Below are positions 1 through 8,143 of a stretch of 64,000 bases of DNA, one piece after another (position 1 is the first letter of the stretch; every line of letters starts with the position of its first letter). The stretch is from assembly GCA_037443945.1 (NCBI GenBank), contig JBBINH010000004.1, positions 64,976-128,975 of the forward strand, given 5' to 3'. Made by a program: the position numbers and the translations under genes. Under the pieces are notes generated by a model. That model was not told the DNA's origin. It did not search any database and saw only the letters and a list, made by a program, of their open reading frames with translations. This DNA comes from Caldilineales bacterium. GTDB taxonomy: Bacteria > Chloroflexota > Anaerolineae > J102.

Positions 1-927
1 TGGTGGCCCTTGAATCTGCACCGCTTCATCGCCAATATCGTCTTCGGCGGTTTCATCACCGGGCTGGTGGCCGCCTATATGTACCTGACGTCCAAGGACC
101 CCAAGGAGCGGGCCTTCTACGACTGGATGGGGTTCATCGGTAACCTCATCGGCACCGCGACCTTTATCATCCTTATCGCTCCGGGCTACATCTACGGCCG
201 GGAGATCTACGCCTACGACGCTTCCCTGGGCATCTACATGATGTCCGACCGCCTGTCCATGTTCTTCGAGATGCAGGGAATCCTGGTGGGGCTGCTTTTC
301 CTGGCCGCCAACTACTACATGTGGCTGAGCATCCGGCGGGTTGAGGGGAGCGAGCGGTTTGCGCTGCCCATGAAGCTAGGCTTTGCCCTGGTCTTTCTGG
401 GCAATGCCATCTGGGTGACTCCCCGCCATTTCTTCGCCACCATGATCCTCGAACCGGGAATGCTACCACCGGGCATGACCGAGGAGGCCTTTATCGCCCA
501 GATGGAGCTGCCGGCTCATCTGGGGTTTATGGCCCTTATGCCGTCTAAGAACACCGCGGCCGCTTGGACGGCTCTGGTCACCCTGATAAACTATGTGTTC
601 TACCGCATCGCCCTGCGACGGGGTCGGATCACGTGGGGGGAGATTGAGACACCTGCACAATATGCCCTGATTCTGCTGGCCTTCGCCGCCATTTGGACCA
701 TGGGACTGATGGGCGCGGTGCGCTCTCTCATCCGCAAGAGCTTCCACGTCTACAACGCCATCCCGGATCTGTCCGGCGAGGCCTTCACCCCCACCCTGGC
801 CCAGTCCACTCTGATCGTTACCGTTGTCTCTTTGATCTTCTTCCTGCTCATCACACTTATCATCTGGCTCAGCCACAAACTGGGTAAACCGGAGCGGAAA
901 GTTGTTCTGCAGGAGGTGCATGGATGA
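1..927 (+). CDS. Polytopic integral membrane protein, 5'-truncated at window edge (no stop upstream; frame continues to nt 1). Possibly a respiratory quinol-oxidase-type subunit; function uncertain.
   Basis: Open frame runs from nt 1. Multiple hydrophobic helices. 4-bp overlap with the downstream diheme cytochrome c gene suggests a co-translated respiratory module. Confidence 0.5.
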   Translation, partial: WWPLNLHRFIANIVFGGFITGLVAAYMYLTSKDPKERAFYDWMGFIGNLIGTATFIILIAPGYIYGREIYAYDASLGIYMMSDRLSMFFEMQGILVGLLFLAANYYMWLSIRRVEGSERFALPMKLGFALVFLGNAIWVTPRHFFATMILEPGMLPPGMTEEAFIAQMELPAHLGFMALMPSKNTAAAWTALVTLINYVFYRIALRRGRITWGEIETPAQYALILLAFAAIWTMGLMGAVRSLIRKSFHVYNAIPDLSGEAFTPTLAQSTLIVTVVSLIFFLLITLIIWLSHKLGKPERKVVLQEVHG

Positions 928-2132
928 CTCTTTGGCAGAATCTCCGTTGGAAACTGGTTGTGACCGCGGTGCTGGCCATTGTCGTTTATTTCGTCAGTGG
1001 CTTGATCGGTTTCCCAACCATCTTTCGTTTCTACTTCATGGGCTATGTGCTCATCGCCCTGCCCTTCTTCGTGTTCCTGGATCTACGCTTTGGCACCCAG
1101 GCGCGGCATGGCGGCCTGGCCATCCTGGCCGTATTCCTCATCGCCTCGGCGATCCTGGCCCTGGTCGGCCGGCTCTTGCCTCAGTACACCCCCGAAGTGG
1201 AACAGGAGAAAATCGCCCGTATCCAGCGCTCATTTCTGGATCGGCAGAAGCCGCAGCGCATCGAGGCCTTACGCCAGGAAGCAGAGGCGCTGGGGCTTGT
1301 GGTCGTCGAGCCGGGTCAGGTTGCCCAGGCGCCGGCCGGCGGTGAAGGCACCGCAGTAGCGCCGGGCTCCGGGGAGGGCACAGAAGCTGCCGCTCCCTCG
1401 CCCGAGCTCATCGAGCGCGGCAAGGTGGCCTACGATGACTGGGAGTGTTATAACTGTCACAAGATCGGCGGCAAAGGCGGTGTCAAACGACGCGGCCCCG
1501 AATTGGATAACATCGGCAACCTTATGTCGCCCGACGCCATCCGCATCAAGATCCTGCATCCCACCTTCTCGTTGTCCGAAGGGTTCGAGGAGGAGTACGA
1601 CAAGGTCACCATGCCCGATGACTACAATGAGCGGCTAAGCGACGAGGAGGTCACCGCTCTGGTGGCTTACCTCTCCTCCTTAACAGACACGACGGTCCAG
1701 ACCCCCAAACCCTTCTTTCCAGGCACCGTCAAGGAAGATCGAGGACCTTTCTACGAGATCCCCCTGGAGTATCAGAAAACCATGCCGCCCGGTTGGTGGA
1801 CCGATCCCAAGATCATCGAGGAAGGCAAGGCCATTTACGAGGGCCAGGTCTATCCCGATGTGGTGTGTGCGGCTTGTCACGGCCGGGACGGGGTTCCTAT
1901 CCTGACAGGGGCGGCCGATTTTCGCAATCCGGACTTGGTGGAGGGTTGGTCGGATGCCTTCTGGTACTGGCGCATTGCCAAAGGGGTGCCCGGCACGGCC
2001 ATGACCGCTTGGGAGGAGAAACTAACACCGGAAGAAATCTTCAAAGTCATGGCCTATGTGAACACCTTCGCCTATCAAGGCAAACCCACAGACCACCACG
2101 AGATGTTCTATCCCCCCAAGGCTCAGCGGTAA
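924..2132 (+). CDS. Membrane-anchored diheme c-type cytochrome (CcoP/FixP-like architecture: N-terminal TM helices + two class-I cytochrome c domains).
   Basis: Two CxxCH heme-binding motifs (CYNCH and CAACH). Second domain has a CcoP-like motif ...CAACHGRDG...AW...EI..V..YV. N-terminal ~90 aa is hydrophobic. Confidence 0.7.
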   Translation: MTLWQNLRWKLVVTAVLAIVVYFVSGLIGFPTIFRFYFMGYVLIALPFFVFLDLRFGTQARHGGLAILAVFLIASAILALVGRLLPQYTPEVEQEKIARIQRSFLDRQKPQRIEALRQEAEALGLVVVEPGQVAQAPAGGEGTAVAPGSGEGTEAAAPSPELIERGKVAYDDWECYNCHKIGGKGGVKRRGPELDNIGNLMSPDAIRIKILHPTFSLSEGFEEEYDKVTMPDDYNERLSDEEVTALVAYLSSLTDTTVQTPKPFFPGTVKEDRGPFYEIPLEYQKTMPPGWWTDPKIIEEGKAIYEGQVYPDVVCAACHGRDGVPILTGAADFRNPDLVEGWSDAFWYWRIAKGVPGTAMTAWEEKLTPEEIFKVMAYVNTFAYQGKPTDHHEMFYPPKAQR

Positions 2133-2134
2133 AG

Positions 2135-2785
2135 ATGCCCGATTTGGATGAGCTCCTGCGCGCTTCTGCCGCCTTACATCACCACCTGTGCCCCCGTCAG
2201 GTCCTGGGGGTGCGTATGGGGTTGCTGGGCGGTGACCGGCTAGGCCTCGAGGTGCCTCGCGCGGACAAACGGATCCTGGCCCTGGTCGAGACGGATGGCT
2301 GTGCCGCCGATGGGTTGGCCGTCGCCACCGGCTGTTGGGTGGGTCGGCGCACTTTGCGGGTTATCGATTTCGGCAAGGTAGCCGCCACCCTGGTCGATAC
2401 CCGCACCGGCCGCGCCGTGCGCGTGGCGCCCAGGGCCGGGATCCGGGAGCGGGCCCGGGCCTATGCGCCGGAAGCCCTCAATCGCTGGCAGGCGCAACTG
2501 TTGGGTTATCAGCGCATGCCCGAGGTGGAACTCCTGGTCGTCCAGGAAGTTCGTCTGCTCTTCTCCCTGGCGAAATTCTTGAGCAAGAACGGTTATCGGG
2601 TGAACTGTCAGATCTGCGGGGAGGAGATCATCAACGAACGGGAAGTGCGACGGGATGGGCTGACGGTGTGCCGCGCCTGCGCCGGCCAGCGTTACTATCA
2701 GCCGGTGGGCGAAGCTGAGGCTGCCCACCGGCTGCACCTGGAAGACCCGGTCGAGAGTCCAGGACCGATAGAAGTGCCGGTATAG
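2135..2785 (+). CDS. FmdE-family protein (formylmethanofuran dehydrogenase subunit E-like domain) with C-terminal CxxC...CxxC zinc ribbon.
   Basis: Motif HHHLCPRQVLGVRMG is typical of the FmdE domain. C-terminal NCQICGEE...CRAC zinc ribbon. ATG at 2135 lies 3 nt after the upstream stop; the longer ORF from 1793 is an in-frame upstream extension overlapping the previous gene. Confidence 0.6.
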   Translation: MPDLDELLRASAALHHHLCPRQVLGVRMGLLGGDRLGLEVPRADKRILALVETDGCAADGLAVATGCWVGRRTLRVIDFGKVAATLVDTRTGRAVRVAPRAGIRERARAYAPEALNRWQAQLLGYQRMPEVELLVVQEVRLLFSLAKFLSKNGYRVNCQICGEEIINEREVRRDGLTVCRACAGQRYYQPVGEAEAAHRLHLEDPVESPGPIEVPV

Positions 2786-2793
2786 GAGGGAGA

Positions 2794-3279
2794 ATGGTGA
2801 GATGGCTGCATGAACACGGTGAAGCTCGCCGGCGATGGATATTCGGAATGCTGGCCGTGGTGAGCGTTCTGATGCTCGCAGCTCAAGTATGGGCCACCCG
2901 AAAGGAGGCGTCGGCTCGCGAGTGGTCTGAGTTGTCCGAAGCGCGAGTTACACGAGAAGAAAAAGGAGCCGACGCCTCAGAGGGGGCGGTCTGCCGGTTC
3001 TCCGGACCGGCCCGGATGCAGCTGGCGCCGACCTCTCCCGGTACCCAAGTCGAAGCCTGGGTGGACGGAGAGAAGGTGGCCGAGACGGAGGTAGTCGGTC
3101 AGGGCGAGGAAAGCCTCTACTCCTTGATCCTAGACCGCCGCTACGCGGGCAAGACCGTGGTCTTCCGCTTTTCCGCTTATCCTCACCTCGGTGAGGCGGG
3201 ACGGGCCACCTGCGTGTTGGGTCAGGAGCAAGCCCTGACCCTGAGTGCCGAATCCCATCGCGGTTGTGGAGGTGGGTAG
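2794..3279 (+). CDS. Hypothetical signal-anchored protein.
   Basis: N-terminal hydrophobic segment (IFGMLAVVSVLMLAAQVWA). No recognisable catalytic motif. Tightly packed between the FmdE-like and Mrp genes. Confidence 0.4.
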   Translation: MVRWLHEHGEARRRWIFGMLAVVSVLMLAAQVWATRKEASAREWSELSEARVTREEKGADASEGAVCRFSGPARMQLAPTSPGTQVEAWVDGEKVAETEVVGQGEESLYSLILDRRYAGKTVVFRFSAYPHLGEAGRATCVLGQEQALTLSAESHRGCGGG

Positions 3280-4058
3280 TGAGTACCATCCGACACGCCA
3301 TCGCCGTAGCCAGCGGTAAGGGTGGTGTGGGCAAGAGCACCGTGGCGGTGAACCTAGCCGTGGCCCTGGCCGAGACCGGCGCCAAAGTGGGCCTGTTGGA
3401 CGGCGACATCTACGGCCCTTCCATCCCGGTGATGACGGGCTTGGCGGGACAGCATCCCCATTCACCCGACGGGGATCGGGTATTGCCGCTGATCAGTCAC
3501 GGGATCAAGTTGATGTCCATGGGCTTTCTCGTCGAGGAAGCCGAGTCCCTGGCCTTCCGGGGCCCTGTTGTCCACCAGGTGCTGCAGGAGTTCCTGCAAG
3601 ACGTAGAGTGGGACGACCTGGACTACCTGATCGTAGACCTGCCCCCCGGCACCGGCGATGCGGTGATCACCCTTATCCACTCCCTGCCTTTGAGCGGGGT
3701 CATCATCGTGAGTACTCCGCAGAACCTGGCCGTGGTCTCCGTCGTGCGTTGCGTGGCCCTGTTTCGGGAACGTGAAATCCCCATTCTGGGCGTCATCGAG
3801 AACATGAGCCAATCGATTTGCCCTCATTGCGGGGAGATACTCGACATCTTCGGTTCCGGGCACAAGGTCCGGGATATGTGCGCTTATTGGGAGATCCCGT
3901 TTTTGGGCGGTATACCCCTCGATCCGCGGGTGCGCGAGAGCGGGGACATGGGGATACCCGTAGTATTGCGCTTACCGAACTCCCCTGCGGGCCGGGCGCT
4001 GACGCGCATCGCCCAGACGTTAGAGGCCTGGCTCCCTATAGCCCACCGAGAGAGGTAA
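3279..4058 (+). CDS. Mrp/NBP35 (ApbC-like) family P-loop ATPase, Fe-S cluster carrier type (paralog 1).
   Basis: Deviant Walker A SGKGGVGKST and C-terminal CPHCG motif. GTG start preceded by GGAGGT. Confidence 0.8.
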   Translation: MSTIRHAIAVASGKGGVGKSTVAVNLAVALAETGAKVGLLDGDIYGPSIPVMTGLAGQHPHSPDGDRVLPLISHGIKLMSMGFLVEEAESLAFRGPVVHQVLQEFLQDVEWDDLDYLIVDLPPGTGDAVITLIHSLPLSGVIIVSTPQNLAVVSVVRCVALFREREIPILGVIENMSQSICPHCGEILDIFGSGHKVRDMCAYWEIPFLGGIPLDPRVRESGDMGIPVVLRLPNSPAGRALTRIAQTLEAWLPIAHRER

Positions 4059-4233
4059 CCAACCATGCCCACCGTCGGAATTCCCCTGCCGATGAGACCG
4101 ATCATGGCCTGCGGTTGTCTTGTCCGGTCAGGTGTTGGGCATTGACCCACCCGATCGGAAAAGCGTTTGTTGATAACTCCTACGACGGTTATAGCGTTGC
4201 GTTTATCCTGATTTTTTCGAAAAGGAGGCATTC

Positions 4234-6255
4234 ATGCTGAACATCCAAGTTCTCAACACCCATGTGTCCCAACGCCAGGGATTTGCATCGCAGAGCACCG
4301 TCCTGCCGGACACCTTCGTCCGCTGGCAGCTGGAAGCCCGGCACAAGATACATCAGGCCATCGCTAACGGCGGGCATCCCCGCCGGAACCCGGCCCACCT
4401 GCCGGTGATGATCACCTTCGAGGCCGAGGGCAGCTTTCCCATTCGCGTTGTCAGCAAGGGCGCCGGCTTCACCCCCCGAGACGAGAAGCTGCAGCCCTAC
4501 ATCGATCTGCTGGAAGAAACCATCGTCCGCTGCGAGGGCCGACCCTGGGAGGAGACCCTTTCCGACCGTGTGGCCGCCGTCCGGGCATTGCTCGATCATC
4601 CGGAGGACATCGATCTCCGCCGACTGGGCTTCTTGGAGATCTTCGGTAGCGGCACCTACCGCAACCTCCAACGCGACCCGCGCGTGGTGCTCCACTACAC
4701 CGGCGACGGCCCCGATTATCCCTCCTTCCAGATCAACGGCTATGTCGAGCTTTTGGATCAGGATGACCCCCGCTACCGCTACATCGCCCTGGCCCGCTTC
4801 ATTTTCGAGAGGGCACCCTTCCACCTGCCCCAGCCCGGTTACGCGGCCGGCTACCTGGTGTGGGTACACGAGGTCGCTGACAAGACGCCGTTCTCCCTAA
4901 TGACACAGCCCAACTTGTACAACATACCCCGCGCAACACCCAATCTGCAGCACGCAGTACGCAATACTCCCGCCGCCTCAGTGGAGCCGGCGCAAGAGGC
5001 TGTCACCTTAGCCGGTCCGGAGCAAGCAGACCCGCAGGAGGATGCGGTCACCTTTCGCGAGATATTGGTTCCCCTTGACAATTCCAAGTACAGCACCTGG
5101 GCCATGGAGATCGCACTCCAGATCGCCGGCGTGTACGGCTCCAAGGTCGTGGGCAACCACGTCTACGCCGCCCGCCTGCACGACAAACGTTTTCGCGATA
5201 TGGAACCGGGCCTACCCGAAGAGTACCAGGAACCGACCATCTTGGCCCACCAGCGGGAGCTGCATGACACGCTCATCGAGAAAGGGCTCAAGCTGATTTC
5301 CGACTCCTACCTGGAAGTTCTCAAAGCCCGGTGCCAGGAGGCCGGCCTGCGCTTCGAGGGCAAGACGCCTGAGGGCAAGAACTACGCCGAGTTGGTCCGG
5401 GACATTGAAACGAGCAGGTACGACCTGGTGGTGATGGGCGCGCGAGGCATGGGAGAAGTCTGGCGTCGAGGGAAGCGACGGGATCAGGTGCTGGGGAGCG
5501 TGTGTGAGCGCGTGGTGCGTCGGGTGAACCGTGACGTGCTGGTGGTGAAAGACGATCGCCCGCTGGGCGGTACCTTCGTGGTGGGGGTAGACGGCAGCGA
5601 TCGGGGCTTCGCCGCCCTGCGGGTGGCTCTGGCCCTGGCGGAGGCCACCGGCGCACGGGTGCAGGTGGTAGCCGTCTACGACCCCTTCCTGCACAAGGCG
5701 GTGTTCAACGAGCTGGAAGAGGTGCTGACCGAAGAGGCCAAACAGGTCTTCGACACCGAAGCCCAAAAGAAGCTCCACGACGAGTTGGTGGACAGCGGTA
5801 TCGCCCGGCTTTATGTGGAACACTTGCAGACGGCGCAACGCATCGCCGCAGAGTTGGGGGCGGAGATAGAGACACACCTGCTGGCAGGCAACCCGTATGC
5901 GGCCTTGTTGCGCCACATGGAAGAAGTGAAACCCACCCTGCTGCTCATTGGACGCACGGGGCTTCACGCCGACGAGCGCTTGGACATCGGCTCCAACGCC
6001 GAGAACCTGCTGCGGTTGGCTCCATGCCACGTGTTGCTGGTAGGGCGCATCTTCACCCCGACGTGGGCGGAAACGCGGCGGGTCGTTGAGGAAGGGCTGG
6101 CCTGGACACCCGAAGCGCTGGCGCGACTGGAGCGGGTGCCCGACTTCGTGCGGGGGATGGTGCGCAAGGCCATCGAGACCTACGCGCGGGAGCACGGGCT
6201 CGATGTGGTGACGGAAGAGACCGTCGTCGAAGCACGCCGGCGATTTGGCATGTGA
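4234..6255 (+). CDS. Multidomain protein: unknown N-terminal domain (~230 aa) + two universal stress protein (UspA) domains + C-terminal PCP_red (protochlorophyllide reductase BchB/ChlB C-terminal-type) domain.
   Basis: Usp-like blocks (ILVPLDNS...LVVMGARGMG...VLVVKD and FVVGVDGS...LLLIGRTG...HVLLVGR). C-terminus LAWTPEALARLERVPDFVRGMVRKAIETYAREHGLDVVTEETV matches the W(T)xEA..L..VP.FVRG.VR...E.YAR..G consensus of the BchB C-terminal domain. AAGGAGG RBS 5 nt upstream of ATG. Confidence 0.7.
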   Translation: MLNIQVLNTHVSQRQGFASQSTVLPDTFVRWQLEARHKIHQAIANGGHPRRNPAHLPVMITFEAEGSFPIRVVSKGAGFTPRDEKLQPYIDLLEETIVRCEGRPWEETLSDRVAAVRALLDHPEDIDLRRLGFLEIFGSGTYRNLQRDPRVVLHYTGDGPDYPSFQINGYVELLDQDDPRYRYIALARFIFERAPFHLPQPGYAAGYLVWVHEVADKTPFSLMTQPNLYNIPRATPNLQHAVRNTPAASVEPAQEAVTLAGPEQADPQEDAVTFREILVPLDNSKYSTWAMEIALQIAGVYGSKVVGNHVYAARLHDKRFRDMEPGLPEEYQEPTILAHQRELHDTLIEKGLKLISDSYLEVLKARCQEAGLRFEGKTPEGKNYAELVRDIETSRYDLVVMGARGMGEVWRRGKRRDQVLGSVCERVVRRVNRDVLVVKDDRPLGGTFVVGVDGSDRGFAALRVALALAEATGARVQVVAVYDPFLHKAVFNELEEVLTEEAKQVFDTEAQKKLHDELVDSGIARLYVEHLQTAQRIAAELGAEIETHLLAGNPYAALLRHMEEVKPTLLLIGRTGLHADERLDIGSNAENLLRLAPCHVLLVGRIFTPTWAETRRVVEEGLAWTPEALARLERVPDFVRGMVRKAIETYAREHGLDVVTEETVVEARRRFGM

Positions 6256-7133
6256 AAATGAAAACCTACCACGAGATCACCGGTGATGGCGGCTCGGACA
6301 TCCTGGGGCAGGTGAGGGCCCTGAAGGAACGGCTGGAGGCCCGCCTGAGCCGGATAGAAAACGTGATCGCCGTGATGAGCGGCAAAGGCGGTGTGGGCAA
6401 GAGCACGATCACCGCCAGCCTGGCGACCCTTCTCGCCGATCGGGGCTACACCGTCGGCGCGGTGGATGCCGATCTGAACGGCCCGGCTCTTGCCCGGATG
6501 CTGGGCGTGCACGGCCGGCAGGTGCGGCTCACCGCCGACGGCGTGGCGCCCGCCATCGGTGCGGCCGGCGTCCGCGTTATCTCCATGGACTTCTTCCTGC
6601 CTGACGAGGCTACCCCGGTCGCATGGAACCACCCCGGCGGGCTGGCGGCCGATACCACCGTCTGGCGCGGGACCATGGAGGCCACGGTGCTACGGGAGTT
6701 TCTGATGGACACTACCTGGGGGGAGTTGGACTTTCTCTTCCTGGACTTGCCTCCGGGGAGCGACCGTTTCGCCGCCGTGGCCGGCCTGCTGCCCCGGCTG
6801 GCGGGGGTAATCGTGGTCACCGTGCCCAGCCTGGTCTCCCAGGCGGTGGTGAAGAAAGCCATTACCGCCGCCCAGGAGCGGGGCGATCCCCTGCTGGGAG
6901 TGGTGGAAAACATGGCGGGCTATGTCTGCCCGGTCTGCGGCACGGTGAGCCCGCTGTTCCCCGGTGATGGGGTCCAGGAGATGGGGTTGCCACTGCTGGG
7001 CCGCATCCCCTTCGATCCACGCCTGGCGGAGGGGGCCGATGTCGGCCTACCTTTCGCCCTCACCCATCCCGATACGCCGGCTGCTCAAGCCCTGGCAGAA
7101 CTGACTACGGCCGTCGAAGGAGCGCTGTCATGA
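6252..7133 (+). CDS. Mrp/NBP35 (ApbC-like) family P-loop ATPase (paralog 2).
   Basis: SGKGGVGKST Walker A and CPVCG C-terminal motif. Start overlaps the stop of the upstream gene; the true start may be ATG at 6258. Confidence 0.8.
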   Translation: MKMKTYHEITGDGGSDILGQVRALKERLEARLSRIENVIAVMSGKGGVGKSTITASLATLLADRGYTVGAVDADLNGPALARMLGVHGRQVRLTADGVAPAIGAAGVRVISMDFFLPDEATPVAWNHPGGLAADTTVWRGTMEATVLREFLMDTTWGELDFLFLDLPPGSDRFAAVAGLLPRLAGVIVVTVPSLVSQAVVKKAITAAQERGDPLLGVVENMAGYVCPVCGTVSPLFPGDGVQEMGLPLLGRIPFDPRLAEGADVGLPFALTHPDTPAAQALAELTTAVEGALS

Positions 7134-7564
7134 AGTTCCTCTGTGTTCCCTGTGACGAACCCATGCAGGTGGTGGAAAGCGGTTCCCCGGATGAAACGGG
7201 GAGCTTGCGCGTTCTCTTCCGCTGTCCCCGTTGCGATCACACCACCGCCATGCTGACCAACGCCGGTGAGACGCAACTGGTGCGCTCCCTGGGGGTGCGT
7301 ATCGGTGGCAAGCCGGTGGATTCTGCGGGGCGACTGGAAAACCTGCGTGCCGGGTTGACCCGAATCCGGACCGATGCCCTGCAGACCGAGGAAGAAGCCG
7401 AACCGGTGTGGACGCCGGCAGCGCTCCAACGCCTGAACGCGACGCCCTCCTTCGTCCGGCCCATGATCCGCCAGGCCTACACCGACTATGCCCGGCAACA
7501 CGGCCTGCGCGAAATCACCCCGGAGGTGATGGATGCGGCCCGACAGGCGTTGGGGATGGGCTGA
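7130..7564 (+). CDS. Small protein: N-terminal Cys4 zinc ribbon + C-terminal PCP_red domain.
   Basis: CVPC...CPRC motif. C-terminus VWTPAALQRLNATPSFVRPMIRQAYTDYARQHGLREITPEV is a PCP_red domain. ATGA overlap with upstream Mrp stop indicates translational coupling. Confidence 0.65.
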   Translation: MKFLCVPCDEPMQVVESGSPDETGSLRVLFRCPRCDHTTAMLTNAGETQLVRSLGVRIGGKPVDSAGRLENLRAGLTRIRTDALQTEEEAEPVWTPAALQRLNATPSFVRPMIRQAYTDYARQHGLREITPEVMDAARQALGMG

Positions 7565-7641
7565 TCGAACGCACGTGATCCCGTCACCATAAGCGGTTCT
7601 TATCCGGGCACTCCACCTCGATGAGGAAGAAGTGACTCAGG

Positions 7642-8103
7642 ATGGAAGCCTCTTCGGAGAACAAAGGGTCTGCTTTGGAGGCGACCTTAGGGGCCCGACG
7701 GTTCCGCCAGGCCGGCTGGACGTACCTGCTGGCCGGTACGGCCGTCATCCTCTTCACCCTGACCGCTGGCCTGGTGCCTCCCAGCCGCCTGCCTCGTCTA
7801 TTCCTGCTGCTGCCCGGTCTCGGTTTCGTGATCCTGTTCGGCGCCCTTATCATCCTGGCCCCCCGGCTTTGGCGCCGGCCGTGGACGGTCGGCTTCAGCC
7901 GGTGGCTGGCGCGTCTGTTGGCCCTCACCAACGCCGGCCGAACCTGCCTTTTCCTCCTCAATGCTGCCGGACTCAACGTCCACGTTTTCCGCTCATCCGG
8001 ACCGGCTTTTTTCATGGTACGCACGGACCCGGAGCCGCTCTTCCTGGTCAACGCCGGCCTCACCGGTCTCATTGCGGTGATGCTGGCCCGCGCCGGCCGG
8101 TGA
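7642..8103 (+). CDS. Hypothetical integral membrane protein (about 4 TM helices).
   Basis: Hydrophobic segments throughout. Same strand, between the PCP_red protein and the radical SAM gene. Confidence 0.45.
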   Translation: MEASSENKGSALEATLGARRFRQAGWTYLLAGTAVILFTLTAGLVPPSRLPRLFLLLPGLGFVILFGALIILAPRLWRRPWTVGFSRWLARLLALTNAGRTCLFLLNAAGLNVHVFRSSGPAFFMVRTDPEPLFLVNAGLTGLIAVMLARAGR

Positions 8104-8143
8104 AGCCCTCTTCGTAAGCCCAAGAAGTCCGGGAGGTCGAGAA

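Noticed and set aside
1793-2785. Longer 330-aa version of the FmdE-like ORF starting at 1793.
   Set aside because: The first 114 codons overlap the cytochrome c gene in another frame and are Arg/Gly-rich. ATG 2135 directly after the upstream stop gives a sensible FmdE N-terminus.
4189-4869. Long antisense ORFs across the window (e.g. 4189-4869 -, 5212-6195 -, 36755-38236 +, 41750-44425 +, 52367-54691 +, 54902-56101 +, 62273-63811 +).
   Set aside because: They lie fully inside stronger opposite-strand genes with clear motifs and are Arg/Gly/Pro-rich low-complexity translations typical of high-GC shadow frames.
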